From assembly GCA_012799645.1 (NCBI GenBank), contig JAAZKV010000018.1:41519-105518 (forward strand): a stretch of 64,000 nucleotides of DNA, read 5' to 3'. Each line of letters opens with the position of its first letter. The first letter of the stretch is position 1. Source of the stretch: Candidatus Iainarchaeum sp. Lineage in GTDB: Archaea; Iainarchaeota; Iainarchaeia; Iainarchaeales; JAAZKV01. The notes beneath the pieces are model-generated. The model was given only the letters and a program-made list of their open reading frames with translations. It was not told the origin of the DNA and did not search any database. The position numbers and the translations under genes are program-made. Of the stretch, positions 10,779 through 21,880 are shown in pieces.

Positions 10779-11987
10779 ATGGAAAATATTTTTGAAAAAC
10801 AATTGCTTAAGGGAAGCGTGTTTTCTAATAAGGATATTATTTCTCCACACTATGTTCCTGATAAACTTCCTTTTAGGGAAAAACAAATTGAATCAATTAC
10901 GCACTCACTTAGTCCTGTATTGAGTAATTCTAAACCCAATAATTTGTTTGTTTATGGTAAAACAGGGAGTGGGAAAACTTCTACTGTTAAACATGTTCTT
11001 GAACAACTTGATGAGTTTGTTAAAAAAAGAGAAATGAATGTTGTTTCTTGTTATATTAATTGTAGGAGTCATTCTTCAAAATATAAAGTTTTACTCAAAG
11101 CGCTCAGATCTCTTTTTCCTGATAAAGAATTTTTGGGTTATAGTGCTTCTTTTGTTTACGAAAAAACTCTTGAGTATTGTAATCAAAAAAAATCACACTT
11201 GATTTTGGTTCTTGATGAACTTGACAAGGTTAAAGATATTGATGATTTGGTTTATTCATTAAGTAGAGGGAATGATGAACTCGAAAGCGGTTCAATCACA
11301 ATAATTGGTATTTCAAATAATTTAATGTTTAAAGAAAAACTTGATCCGCGCACTCGCAGTTCTTTGTGTGAGAGGGAAATGGTTTTTGATCCTTACAATG
11401 CTACTGAACTTAAAGAAATTCTTGTAGAGAGATCAAAAGTTGCTTTCAAAGAAGGGTGCGTTTCTGATTCTGCTATTTCTCTTGCTGCCGCGTTTGCTGC
11501 TCAAGAATCAGGTGATGCGAGAACAGCAGTAATGCTTCTTCAACGAGCAGGAGAAATTGCTGATATTGAACAAAAAACTATTGTTACTGATAATGAAGTA
11601 ACAAAAGCCAAAGCGAGTGTGGAAGAGGAAATAATTTTATCAATGGTTTCAACTCTCCCAATGCAACAACAATTAGTGCTTTATGCTATTTCGCAAATGA
11701 CTCTTCAAAAAAAAGGATTGAAAAAAGTTACAGGGGAAGTGGAAGAGGGAGTTTTGTTCAGTGGAGAAATTTTTGAAACCTATTTAGAACTCGCAAAAAA
11801 ATTTAATGAAAGAACAATTAGTAGTAGATGGTATCGTCAATATATTAACGAGCTTGAAATGTATGGGTTGATTCTTGTAACAAATTCAGGAAAAGGAATT
11901 AAAGGACAAACAAGACTAATCAAACTTGGTTTTGATGCGAACAAAATAAAAATTGCTCTTGAAAAAGAATTATTTAAAAAAGAATAA
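10779..11987 (+). CDS. orc1: Orc1/Cdc6 replication initiator (AAA+ ATPase with C-terminal winged helix)
   Basis: Walker A GKTGSGKTS, Walker B LVLDELD, sensor regions, and a C-terminal winged-helix-like region. 402 aa is typical. Confidence 0.9.
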   Translation: MENIFEKQLLKGSVFSNKDIISPHYVPDKLPFREKQIESITHSLSPVLSNSKPNNLFVYGKTGSGKTSTVKHVLEQLDEFVKKREMNVVSCYINCRSHSSKYKVLLKALRSLFPDKEFLGYSASFVYEKTLEYCNQKKSHLILVLDELDKVKDIDDLVYSLSRGNDELESGSITIIGISNNLMFKEKLDPRTRSSLCEREMVFDPYNATELKEILVERSKVAFKEGCVSDSAISLAAAFAAQESGDARTAVMLLQRAGEIADIEQKTIVTDNEVTKAKASVEEEIILSMVSTLPMQQQLVLYAISQMTLQKKGLKKVTGEVEEGVLFSGEIFETYLELAKKFNERTISSRWYRQYINELEMYGLILVTNSGKGIKGQTRLIKLGFDANKIKIALEKELFKKE

Positions 11988-12064
11988 TTCATTGATAATT
12001 AATGTATTAAAGAATAATCCAAGAATAATTCATTGACGAGTAATTATTGAAAAAAATTTTTGTT

Positions 12065-15000
12065 TTATGCGAATTCAAATAATGATTTTTGTTGCACTTG
12101 GTCACTTTTGAATACTGAGTCAATTTCTTTTTCTACCATGTCAAGTCTTTGGATTAAGTAAGGGGAAAGGTTTTCTTGTCTTGCCATGTTTTGTGCAATT
12201 TTTAAGTATTTTCTAACTGATCCTTCGTGGATTGTTAGTATTAGTGATGGTTTTCCACACTTGTAACATATTCCACTTAGTGGAATTCTTCTGTATATTT
12301 CATTACAAGTGGTACATCTGAATGTTTGTCTTGAAAATGCTCTCGCATTTCCAATAATGTCAGGCAAGAAATGGGAGAGCATTACTCTTTCAAGCGCATC
12401 TTTTGAATCAATCGCCATTATTTTTTTTTGTAAATTATTTTGTCTTTGTAATTTTTCATCCATTGTTTTTAGTTGAATGTATCGTGACATTTTTGGCCCT
12501 TCGTCAAATATTTCTGTTTCGTGTGTGTATCCAAGTCCGGAGTATTGTTCTTTTTTTTCTAAAATATCTTTTATTAATTTTATTTCTTTTATGTCAGGTT
12601 CGCAAATTTTTTGTGATCTTTCGTATAATTCAAGCGGGTAACTCCACACACTTTCCATTTTGTGTACTTCATCATCAACTTCTGCAGGGTTGATTATTAT
12701 TGTGGCAACTAGTGGTGCATCCATTTTTCCCCCACTTCTATTTGCTAAAAATTTTTGTGAGAAATTCAATAATCCATCCATTAACAAAATTACAGAGTCC
12801 TGATCTCCATCAACATTTCTTCTTTTTGCACAAACAAAATATGGGTGTCCAAACCCTAACCTTGCTTTTGTGTATCCTATTACTCTTGCTACTACTGAAG
12901 CAGAGGTGTGGGGGGCGAGTCCTAAAACTATTTCTCCAATTAAATCTTCTTTGGTTTTTGCGTTATAAAATCTTTCAACCCCATAGTATTTTTCTAATAA
13001 ATCATCAACGAATTTGCTTACTTGTAGCATCCAATCCCCGCAAGTGTCATTTACTATAATGTCTTGTGGAAATATTTCTATTATTTGATCCTCCTTTTCT
13101 ATTGGTTTTCCAAAAATGTCTTTTTCATAACCGAGTTCTTTTACTTTTTCTATTGTCAGATTTATTTCTTTTGGTTTGAAGTGAGTGATTGTAGCATTTA
13201 GTAATTCAAATCTGCTTGTTCCATCTCTAAAAATATGCACATCGTGTTTTGCTCTTAGGATTCCTTTTTCTAGCGGTTCAATTTCTTTCGCGTCCGAAAT
13301 CATTCCTTTTACTCCTTTAATTAAATCAGGTAATGGTTCTCGTAAATTTGTTTTTGCTTTTTCTAGTTCTGTTCTTAAATTAAATTCGTGTTCTCCTGAT
13401 TGGATTGTTGTGTTTCCACACGAAGGGCATTGTTCAGCTAGCACACTTTTTTTGCATTCCCAACAATATTTCATTATTTTTGTTCTAACTTTACACTCAC
13501 TACAATATGCGTGGAAAGATTTTTTTTTGCATTTTGGACAAACATACTCTGCGAGTTCTACTGTTACATTTCCTGATTCATTATTGTAAGGATCTGTTGC
13601 TTTGATTATGCTCCTGGTGCTTCCTCCTTTTAGTCCAATTGGGTAAAGTACGTGCGGGTTTCCAATCATTTTTCTTGGTTTTGCTTGTTCAGGTCTACCC
13701 ATTCTTCCCCCAACAAACGAACCTGCTTTATCTTTAATTACTAAGCCGGAAATTTCTGACAAATATTCTAATACATTTGTTTTTTCACTCTCTGTTTCTT
13801 TTTTTTCAAGAGCAAATGTTTCAATTATTGACAAAGCAAATTCATCAATTAGGATTTTTCCATTTTTTATTTTATGAGGAAGTCCAATTTTTTCAAGAAG
13901 TTTTTTTACTTCAACATTATTTTCCAAAAATAATTTTTTCTCAAAAATTTCTGTTGAATTATTTGTTTCATTTAAAGAATTTATTTTTTCATTAATTATT
14001 TCCCCTTTCAATAATTCGTTTCTTAAAAATTTTATTTCTTTTTCATTTAGTGCGCGGTAAAAATGAATGAAGTTTGGGTGGAGTGGAACAAAAAGTGTCC
14101 TAGAAATTGTGATTGCTTGTTTTTCTGTTATTTCTCTTGGGTTTTTTATTATTTTTTCAAGATCAATTTTTTCTTTTAATTGATTTTCTATTTCTTTTTC
14201 AATTATTTTTTTGTCTTTTTCTTTTAGTGCTTTTTCTAATTCTTTTTCCCACCATTCTTCACAATACCCTACTGGGATTAGTGGGTGGGATGTTTTTTTG
14301 AAATCCCCATAAGTGGTTAGTATGTCCCCTAAGTAAATTATTTTATCCACTTGTGCTTTTACATTTTCTGCTTTTTCTCTTGTATTTATTCGTTCTACTG
14401 ATCCATCTTTTAGTAATACTATTGGCCCTTCAATTGTGGTGCAGGGAAAAAATTGAGTTGCTTTTCCTGGTCTTTCCATTCTTCCGTGTGTTCCTACTGC
14501 GATGAATTCGTCAGTTAGTATCATTGTTGCTGGATTTATTGCTTTTGCCATTATCCCTGTATTTCTTCCTCTTCCATATCTTAATCTAAATCCTCCCCAA
14601 GTGCTGGGATATGCTAGGATTGGTCTTCCTGCTGCAAGTCTATCAAGGAATGCTTTTACTGGTTTTATTTCAATTTTTGATTGTGTTTTTTCTACTTTTA
14701 CTATTTTTTCTAAAAAACTCCAATCAAGTCCGAGTGATTTTGCTGTTTCCATTACCCACATTGCTTTTAGTGCAAGCCCTTCTGAAATAACTAACCCCAT
14801 CCCCCCTCTGATTCTGTTTGTTGGTATTCTTTGTAGATCTCTGTGTGCTGATACTTCTAGTAATTCTGTCGGCACCCCATTCACGCACACCGGGCACCCT
14901 CTAATTATTGTTCGTATTTCTTCATCCTTCATTGTGTATTGTCTTGAAATTACTTCTGTTTGGTATAATCCTATTTCTTCAACATATCTTTCAACTTCAT

Positions 15001-15577
15001 CTTCTGTTGGTTTATATCTGTCAAGTCCTAAATATTTTCTTGCAAAATCCCCTAAAATTAGTGGGATTACTGTTGATGATCCTCCCGCTGCACGAATTGG
15101 TCCTGCGAAGTATATGTCAATGTATTTTGATCCGTCAGGATTTCTATTTATTTCTATTTTTGGTATTCCATCAAGTGGAGCTACAACCACTCCTTCTGTT
15201 TCTATTAGTAAGCAGGCCTTGATTGCGAGTTCTACTCTTTTTTGTTCATCAGGAATACTCCGCCATTTTTGTTCTAAAATTTCTTCAAACAATTTGAAGT
15301 AAGCTTTTCTTCTATTTGGTTCTTCGCTAGAAATTTCTCTGAATCTTTGTGATAATCCTTTTAGTCCAATAATTGTTTCGGCCCTATCCGCTAAATCAAG
15401 TGCTGGAATTATTTCTACCTCTTCACTAACATCAATTCCTTTCGCTTTGGCTTTTTGTGCAACCTCGTATCCTTTTTTTGTTTTTTCTTGAATTGTTTTG
15501 AAATAATTTTTTACGTGATCTTCTGCAAGGAAAGGAACTTCTCTTTCAAGCATCAAAAGTTTTTCTTTATCATTCAT
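12065..15577 (-). CDS. polC: DNA polymerase II (PolD) large subunit DP2
   Basis: 1170 aa. Multiple CxxC zinc clusters (CPKCKK..CSEC, CWECKK..CPSCG, CTTCNE..CYKCGK). The DP2 signature GGRMGRPEQAKPRKM is present. No intein-sized insertion. Confidence 0.9.
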   Translation of the reverse strand: MNDKEKLLMLEREVPFLAEDHVKNYFKTIQEKTKKGYEVAQKAKAKGIDVSEEVEIIPALDLADRAETIIGLKGLSQRFREISSEEPNRRKAYFKLFEEILEQKWRSIPDEQKRVELAIKACLLIETEGVVVAPLDGIPKIEINRNPDGSKYIDIYFAGPIRAAGGSSTVIPLILGDFARKYLGLDRYKPTEDEVERYVEEIGLYQTEVISRQYTMKDEEIRTIIRGCPVCVNGVPTELLEVSAHRDLQRIPTNRIRGGMGLVISEGLALKAMWVMETAKSLGLDWSFLEKIVKVEKTQSKIEIKPVKAFLDRLAAGRPILAYPSTWGGFRLRYGRGRNTGIMAKAINPATMILTDEFIAVGTHGRMERPGKATQFFPCTTIEGPIVLLKDGSVERINTREKAENVKAQVDKIIYLGDILTTYGDFKKTSHPLIPVGYCEEWWEKELEKALKEKDKKIIEKEIENQLKEKIDLEKIIKNPREITEKQAITISRTLFVPLHPNFIHFYRALNEKEIKFLRNELLKGEIINEKINSLNETNNSTEIFEKKLFLENNVEVKKLLEKIGLPHKIKNGKILIDEFALSIIETFALEKKETESEKTNVLEYLSEISGLVIKDKAGSFVGGRMGRPEQAKPRKMIGNPHVLYPIGLKGGSTRSIIKATDPYNNESGNVTVELAEYVCPKCKKKSFHAYCSECKVRTKIMKYCWECKKSVLAEQCPSCGNTTIQSGEHEFNLRTELEKAKTNLREPLPDLIKGVKGMISDAKEIEPLEKGILRAKHDVHIFRDGTSRFELLNATITHFKPKEINLTIEKVKELGYEKDIFGKPIEKEDQIIEIFPQDIIVNDTCGDWMLQVSKFVDDLLEKYYGVERFYNAKTKEDLIGEIVLGLAPHTSASVVARVIGYTKARLGFGHPYFVCAKRRNVDGDQDSVILLMDGLLNFSQKFLANRSGGKMDAPLVATIIINPAEVDDEVHKMESVWSYPLELYERSQKICEPDIKEIKLIKDILEKKEQYSGLGYTHETEIFDEGPKMSRYIQLKTMDEKLQRQNNLQKKIMAIDSKDALERVMLSHFLPDIIGNARAFSRQTFRCTTCNEIYRRIPLSGICYKCGKPSLILTIHEGSVRKYLKIAQNMARQENLSPYLIQRLDMVEKEIDSVFKSDQVQQKSLFEFA

Positions 15578-17141
15578 TTATTTCACGCTCAATTGCTTCT
15601 CTTAAAAATTGCACTTCGATTAAGTTTCTATTTTTTAAATTAATTATTGGGATTGCACAAGGGGTTGGAGTGTGTCCTAGTTTTTTTTGGAAATCGGTTT
15701 GTCCTTCCCAAGTACCCGTGTTAATTATTGTTGTCCCTCTATATGTTGTGTATCCATTACAATGCATATCCCCAAACCACACAATATCAGGTTCTTCTTT
15801 TATCACCATATAATCTTTTTTTTCTGGAACGTAAGGATTTTTTCCTCCATACTTTGGCATAAGATCTCTTTTTTTTAGTAACTCCACCATCCCATCTTGT
15901 GGTTTTGACATATCAAGAAAACTCACTGAACTAATAAGATCGTGAACACTCGGTCCGTGATACACCAAGTTTTTTAGTCCTTCAGTTTCTACCCAAGAGG
16001 GTGATGAAATGAAGTGAAAGTTTTTTAGTTTGCTTAATCTTGGAACAAACTCTTTATCTATTCCTGGTTGGGGTTCTGCTCTTCTAACCGCATCGTGTTG
16101 TCCCGGACAAATAAATACTTGAATATAATCAGGAACTTGTAACATAAAATCTTCAAATCGTTCATATTGTGCATAAATATCTTTTATTACTAAATCATCA
16201 AGTTGTCCTGGATAAATTCCTATCCCTGCAACATTATCCCCATTAACGAACAAGTATTGTATTTTTCCCACTCTTTCTTGTTGTTTAGGAGACAAGTTTT
16301 TTCCATTCAAGTAATCAAAAAATCCTTGTAATTGTTTTTCGTAACAAAGCTTACTCCCAATGTGTAAATCACTTATTCCGCAAGAGTAAATTTCTTCATC
16401 CAATAATTTGGCTGGTCTTATTGGTAGATCAGGCCAATAAACTTCTTTTATTATTATAAAATCATCACCAACTTTTGCTCCTTTTACTCCTACAACATTA
16501 TCTTCCAAAATTCTTTCAGCTTTTTTCATTATTTCTTTATCTCTTTCCATTACAAGCACAATGCATTTTGCTTCCATATCTTCTACTTCGTAAGCGATGT
16601 GTCCTTTTTTTGTAACCCACTTTCTATTCACTATCCCAATTATATCAACTGATTCATTTTTGGGTCTTGTTTTTAGTTCTTTTATTGGAATTGGGGCTAA
16701 GTTGTGTCTTTGTTTAAGCATTGAGGATAATAATTCAAATTTGCTCCTAAATAATCTTAAAAAATCATCAACTGTTCCACTTGACAAACTTTTTCCTGTA
16801 ACATCATATTCTTCTACCACTCTAAAATTTGGTGTTCTTTCACTTGCGAGTGCAACAAAACTTTTTTTCACCACTTCAACTTTTTCAGGAACAACTTGTG
16901 CGAGTTTTGTTCTTGCAAGTTTTTTTTCAAGAGCAAGTGGTTCAATTAGAAATGTTCCTTCCGCACTGAACTCTTCTAGTATTTCTTTCCAATTATCTTC
17001 TTTTGAGATTAGTTCAATTGATTCTTTTGATAAAATTAGTCCGAGGTTTTCTGCACAAGTAAGCACCTCTTGAGTTCTTGTTATATCTTTAAGCAAAAAA
17101 ATCTTCCTTGCAAAAAAATAGTAATTTTTTTTCAAATGCAA
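15570..17141 (-). CDS. polB: DNA polymerase II (PolD) small subunit DP1 (calcineurin-like 3'-5' exonuclease)
   Basis: Phosphoesterase motifs ISDLHIGS, LFVNGDNVAGIG, and GQHD. Overlaps DP2 by 8 nt, consistent with an operon. Confidence 0.85.
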   Translation of the reverse strand: MHLKKNYYFFARKIFLLKDITRTQEVLTCAENLGLILSKESIELISKEDNWKEILEEFSAEGTFLIEPLALEKKLARTKLAQVVPEKVEVVKKSFVALASERTPNFRVVEEYDVTGKSLSSGTVDDFLRLFRSKFELLSSMLKQRHNLAPIPIKELKTRPKNESVDIIGIVNRKWVTKKGHIAYEVEDMEAKCIVLVMERDKEIMKKAERILEDNVVGVKGAKVGDDFIIIKEVYWPDLPIRPAKLLDEEIYSCGISDLHIGSKLCYEKQLQGFFDYLNGKNLSPKQQERVGKIQYLFVNGDNVAGIGIYPGQLDDLVIKDIYAQYERFEDFMLQVPDYIQVFICPGQHDAVRRAEPQPGIDKEFVPRLSKLKNFHFISSPSWVETEGLKNLVYHGPSVHDLISSVSFLDMSKPQDGMVELLKKRDLMPKYGGKNPYVPEKKDYMVIKEEPDIVWFGDMHCNGYTTYRGTTIINTGTWEGQTDFQKKLGHTPTPCAIPIINLKNRNLIEVQFLREAIEREINE

Positions 17142-17168
17142 TTAGTTAAAGCACAAGTTGGTTTGTTT

Positions 17169-17420
17169 TTATTTTTGTTTTTCTTTCACTGATTCTATCA
17201 TTGAGATTGATTGCCAAATATCTGTTCTTGTGTGATCAGGCATATTAATGTCTGAACTTATATCATCAAGCAGATAAATCGCTTCGCTCAAAGTAGTCAC
17301 TGTGTTTTCTTTTACTTTAGCGAGTGCTTCTTCAACTTTAGCTCTGATGTTTCTTGGAACTACTCTATCATTGAGAATACTTTCAAGTAAATCAATAATA
17401 TCTTCATTCATTTTGAACAC
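17169..17420 (-). CDS. UPF0147-family small archaeal protein
   Basis: 83 aa with duplicated helix-hairpin motif ...NDRVVPRNIRAKVEEA... and ...DDISSDINMPDHTRTDIWQ..., as in the UPF0147 family (recalled from memory). Confidence 0.55.
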   Translation of the reverse strand: MFKMNEDIIDLLESILNDRVVPRNIRAKVEEALAKVKENTVTTLSEAIYLLDDISSDINMPDHTRTDIWQSISMIESVKEKQK

Positions 17421-17479
17421 CTTGCATCGAAAAAATACATTACTATCCGAATGCTAAAAGAAATTAACACACAAATCCT

Positions 17480-17545
17480 TTTAAATAAAACTTCTATTTA
17501 AACAAACTCCTATAAATAAAACTCCGATAAATAAAACTTCTAAAA
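17480..17545. repeat. Three copies of ATAAATAAAACTYC in the promoter-proximal region of the UPF0147 gene
   Basis: Copies at about 17481, 17511 and 17526, the last two in tandem. Confidence 0.6.
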
Positions 17546-17660
17546 TTGGTTTTTTGACATTATTAAATTTTTATCAAATAGTTCATTAGGTTTTGTTTTT
17601 TTGGTTTTTAGAAATTTTAGCGATTTGAATTTTTTATGGTTTTAAGTTTTTTTTATTTTT

Positions 17661-17702
17661 GAATTTTTTGATTTTTAGATTTTTTGATTTTTAGATTTTT
17701 TG
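17661..17702. repeat. Tandem GATTTTTAGATTTTTT (2 perfect copies plus a degenerate flank)
   Basis: 17670-17685 and 17686-17701 are identical 16-mers. Confidence 0.7.
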
Positions 17703-17734
17703 CATTTTAAAATTTTTTCGCGTTTTTAATTATT

Positions 17735-18715
17735 TTATCGATTAGGAGTTTTTTGTGAAAGTTCTTCTTTTAAATTATTTAATCCTTTTCCTTCCAGAAT
17801 TATTTTTTGTCCAACAAAAGAATTTTTTGCATCCTCTATTTGTTCGTTTGTAGCTAAATCATTTTTTGTTATTACTACCCAAATTGGTTTATCTGAAAAT
17901 AGTTTTTTTATTTCATTGAATAAATTAATTTGGGATTTGAGGTTTGATATTGGATCAACTACGAAAATAATTGTTCCTTTCAAATACTGAAATGCTGCGA
18001 TCGCTTTTAACTCGATTTTGTTTCTTTCCTTAATTGGTCTGTCAAGTAATCCAGGAGTATCAATTACTTGTATTTGTAAAAATCTTTTCGTAAAATACCC
18101 TACATTGAGTCCTTTTGTAGTAAAAGGGTAAGGAGCGATTTTTGGTTTTGATTCAGTGATTTTATTCATTAGAGTGCTTTTTCCTGCATTTGGAAACCCT
18201 GCTAAAATATAACACTCTTGAGTAGTATCAATTTTTGGTAATTCTCTTAATTTTTTTGTAGCATCATTATAAACTTCAATTGGTTCATTCAATTTTTTCA
18301 TTATTGAAGATAATCTGCCCAAAAATGTTTTTGAAACATTCAACCCTTTTTTTTCTCCACCATAAACATATTTCATTTCTTTAAGTTCAATTATGGTATT
18401 TCTTCTCAAATTTTTTATTATTTTTGCGCTTGAAAAAATTAGTGCAAGTGATTTTCTTGTTTTATCAACATCAATAATGCACTCGTATAATTCTCGATTA
18501 AAAGGATCAAGTTCTTCAATGTTTGGAAAACTTGTAACCGCTTTTTCTAATTTTTCAACAATGTATTCAGAAACTATGTCAATCCTCCCAATCTCTTTTC
18601 CTTTTATTGTATAAAATAATGTTTTCTGTTTAGGGTAAAACGCTGCTTCTTTTCTTCCTTTTGATAAAGCAATTTCAAGCAATTTCTCTGGTTTTTCTAT
18701 CAAATACAAATTCAT
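17735..18715 (-). CDS. NOG1/Obg-like GTP-binding protein (archaeal Nog1 homolog)
   Basis: G1 GFPNAGKST, G3 DTPGLLD, G4 TKND, with an N-terminal helical NOG1-like region. 326 aa. Confidence 0.7.
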   Translation of the reverse strand: MNLYLIEKPEKLLEIALSKGRKEAAFYPKQKTLFYTIKGKEIGRIDIVSEYIVEKLEKAVTSFPNIEELDPFNRELYECIIDVDKTRKSLALIFSSAKIIKNLRRNTIIELKEMKYVYGGEKKGLNVSKTFLGRLSSIMKKLNEPIEVYNDATKKLRELPKIDTTQECYILAGFPNAGKSTLMNKITESKPKIAPYPFTTKGLNVGYFTKRFLQIQVIDTPGLLDRPIKERNKIELKAIAAFQYLKGTIIFVVDPISNLKSQINLFNEIKKLFSDKPIWVVITKNDLATNEQIEDAKNSFVGQKIILEGKGLNNLKEELSQKTPNR

Positions 18716-19086
18716 ACTAACTCAACCCTTAACCCAACTCTTTAATATCTTTATAATTTTTTCAATTTTTTCAATTTTTTTAATTTATTTATTTTCTTAA
18801 TATTTTAATTTCTCTTCAATTTTTTTTAATTTGCTTTAACCTCTATTCAATTTCTTTTTAATTTCTCTTTAATTTCTCTTTAATTTTTTGTTTTTTTTTA
18901 ATAAAGTTTTTTGTGAATAATTATTTTTTAACAAATCAATTTTTTTTAATTTTTTCCAAAAAATCAACTATTTTTTGGTCAATACACAACATATTTAAGG
19001 TTAAGTGGTTTTTTAATATGTACTAAAAATGAAACAAAAACGAAATTGTTAATTTAACCCTTTTAATAACGGAAAAGTTGGTTTTT

Positions 19087-20133
19087 ATGAAGGACTTATA
19101 CACTGGAAAATACAAAATGTATATGATTATTCCAATTTTAGTGCTAATATTTTCTTTATTTTTTGCTTTTGTTTACCCTGGATTAAAACTGGGAATTGAA
19201 TTAACCGGAGGAAATGTTTTAATTGTCAGATCAAGTACTGAACTTGATGCTATAACTATAGAGAATTTATTAAAATCGGAATTTGATTTAACCCAAGTGA
19301 GTGTATCAACAATTAATTCAGCGAATAGTATGGGTGCTTATATTGAGTATAGCAAAGACCCTAAATTAATTCAAGCCGAAGAATTAATTAATTCAGCCCA
19401 AATTGCTATTGATGAAGAAAGGGATAATGAAGCAATTGGTTTGTCTATTCAATCAATAAAATTACTTTCCGGAAAAGATGAATCTTTTACTAACCCAAAA
19501 GTAGCATTAGCTGCTGCTCAAGATGAATTGCTTTCTGCTAACGAAAATTTTTTGGACAAAATGAAATCAGCAATAGTGAATAAATTTAATTTAGGAGAGG
19601 ATGTGGAGTTTCAAATAAGAGAAATTTCTCCAACATTTGGTGAAGCATCACTAGTGTCAGGAGCATACATTGCAATACTTGCACTTGTTTTGATCACCAT
19701 AGTAATTTTTATTTCATTTAGACAAATAATTCCAACTGTGGGAATTGTTCAAGCAATGATATTTGATGTAATTGTTGCTCTTGCAGCAATGGCTTTACTT
19801 GGCATCCCAATTTCTCTAATAACTATTTCAGCACTATTAATGATTTTGGGATACTCTGTTGATTCGAACATTATGTTAACTTCAAGAGTATTAAAAGACA
19901 AAACAGGGGTTGCTGGAGAAAAAGCAACTAGATCTCTAAAAACTGGTTTAACTATGACAGGAACAACTATCTCCGCACTGGTAGTGATGATAGTTATTTC
20001 ACACTTTTACCAGATTGAAGTAATGTTACAAATTGGAATAGTTTTGTTATTCGGATTACTTGGTGATTTGGTTTCAACTTGGATCACTAATGTTGGATTA
20101 CTAATATGGTTTGTAGAGGAGCGAAAAAAATGA
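19087..20133 (+). CDS. secF: Protein-export membrane protein SecF
   Basis: N-terminal TM followed by a periplasmic domain containing GIELTGGNVLIV, then a C-terminal multi-TM bundle. Archaeal secFD gene order. The track start at 19078 is a TTG; the ATG at 19087 is preferred. Confidence 0.7.
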   Translation: MKDLYTGKYKMYMIIPILVLIFSLFFAFVYPGLKLGIELTGGNVLIVRSSTELDAITIENLLKSEFDLTQVSVSTINSANSMGAYIEYSKDPKLIQAEELINSAQIAIDEERDNEAIGLSIQSIKLLSGKDESFTNPKVALAAAQDELLSANENFLDKMKSAIVNKFNLGEDVEFQIREISPTFGEASLVSGAYIAILALVLITIVIFISFRQIIPTVGIVQAMIFDVIVALAAMALLGIPISLITISALLMILGYSVDSNIMLTSRVLKDKTGVAGEKATRSLKTGLTMTGTTISALVVMIVISHFYQIEVMLQIGIVLLFGLLGDLVSTWITNVGLLIWFVEERKK

Positions 20134-21758
20134 ATCCATTATTTAAGCATTGGAGATTTTTACTTGTAGGGTTTTTTCTAGCCATATCCATTGGTTCATT
20201 ATTATTTATTGGTGTTACTTTCGGAATTGATTTTAAAGGAGGAACACTTTACCAAATAGAACTTCAAAAAGAAGTTACTCCCACTGAAATTGCTAGAATA
20301 GCTAATATTATTCAACAAAGAATTGATCCTGGTAAATTAAGAGGAGATATTCTTTCACCAGTTGGTGGAAAATACATTATGATTCAAACCGCAGAAACCA
20401 ATCCAACAGAACTAGAAAAAATTGAGTCAAGAATAAGACAACAAGGAAAATTTGAAGCAACCCTGAATGGAGAATTATTATTTACTGGAGATGAAATTAA
20501 ACGAATTTCAAGAAAAGATGGGTATGGTGTTGCAAAAAATGGAAATGTTTATGGGTGGAATTTGCCTTTTGTACTAAATGATGAAGCTGCAAAAAGATTT
20601 GCACAAATGACTTTCCACGAGTGCACAGCAATTTCATTTTCCCCCCAAGGAAAACCGATTTATGATTGTGAAAGAACAATGTTCTTTTTAGATAGACCTA
20701 ATGCACTAATTGTACTAACAGAAGAACAATACGATTTTGACGAACAAGAATTATTATTAGGAAACACTTTCTTAAACATTCCACAAGGAACAAGCATTGA
20801 TGAAGTTATTGAGGATTCAAGAAACGCAATAATTATTTACGAAAATGGAATGGATTTTAATTCAATTTATTTATCAGAAGTGCTCAAATCAACTGATCAA
20901 GCAATTGTTTCCCCTGATTTGAGTGAAAAAGCCATAAATGATCTTAATGCTGCAGGATTTGTTGTTACAAAAACAAAAAGCGCGGAAGGATCTCCTTGGC
21001 TTTGGGACATTTTGAATGCAAAACAAATAATTAGATTGAGTGAAGGAATAACTAACGAGGATGTGGCTGATCCATCACAAGCAAAAATATTTACTCAACT
21101 CAATATTAGTGGATCAAGAGAAAGTGCAGAAGTCGCTTTCCAAGATTTAGAAGAACTCGCAATATTACTTGAATCAGGCTCACTACCAACTCCTGTAAAA
21201 AGTATTTCAAAAGAAACAATTTCTCCAACACTTGGAACTTCATTTGTTTCAAACATTATTATGATGGGAATAATTGCGCTTATTCTTGTTGCTTCAATAA
21301 TTATTATCAGATACAAAACACCTCTTTTGGCTGTGCCAATAATCATAACATTAATTTCGGAAACAATAATGATGCTAGGAATTTTAGCTTTACTAAAACA
21401 ACCACTTGATTTAGCAGCATTTGCTGGAATAATTGCAGCAATCGGAACAAGTGTTGATTCTGAAATTGTTATAGTTGATGAAATGATTGGAAAAGCTAGA
21501 AAAGAGCACTTATCACTTTTACAAAAAATAAAAGAAGGGCTCTTCATAATTACAACATCAGCACTAACAATGCTTGCTGTTATGATGCCAATAATTCTTT
21601 TATCACCAAACATGCCAGGGATTAGTAATTTGTATGGATTTGCATTTGTAGCAATTCTTGGATCACTAATTGGAGTACTAATTACAAGGCCAGCATTTAC
21701 AAAAGTAATTGAAATGATTTCTGACAAAGTTGAAAAAGACAAAGCAAAAACTGTTTGA
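20130..21758 (+). CDS. secD: Protein-export membrane protein SecD
   Basis: FGIDFKGGT motif, a large periplasmic domain, and a C-terminal 6-TM region. The ATG overlaps the secF stop (ATGA). Confidence 0.7.
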   Translation: MNPLFKHWRFLLVGFFLAISIGSLLFIGVTFGIDFKGGTLYQIELQKEVTPTEIARIANIIQQRIDPGKLRGDILSPVGGKYIMIQTAETNPTELEKIESRIRQQGKFEATLNGELLFTGDEIKRISRKDGYGVAKNGNVYGWNLPFVLNDEAAKRFAQMTFHECTAISFSPQGKPIYDCERTMFFLDRPNALIVLTEEQYDFDEQELLLGNTFLNIPQGTSIDEVIEDSRNAIIIYENGMDFNSIYLSEVLKSTDQAIVSPDLSEKAINDLNAAGFVVTKTKSAEGSPWLWDILNAKQIIRLSEGITNEDVADPSQAKIFTQLNISGSRESAEVAFQDLEELAILLESGSLPTPVKSISKETISPTLGTSFVSNIIMMGIIALILVASIIIIRYKTPLLAVPIIITLISETIMMLGILALLKQPLDLAAFAGIIAAIGTSVDSEIVIVDEMIGKARKEHLSLLQKIKEGLFIITTSALTMLAVMMPIILLSPNMPGISNLYGFAFVAILGSLIGVLITRPAFTKVIEMISDKVEKDKAKTV

Positions 21759-21880
21759 AATAATCACTAAATAAACCCCAACAACCACAAATATCAAAAA
21801 GAAAAATTATGCTGCCAAGCATAACTGTATTCTAAAAAATGTATTCCAAAAATAGAAACATTATTTTACACTAATTTTTA

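Noticed and set aside
12403-15302. Several + strand ORFs inside polC/DP2 (96-266 aa, including 14502-15302)
   Set aside because: All are antisense to the DP2 gene, which has unmistakable motifs. Their products are hydrophobic low-complexity artefacts.
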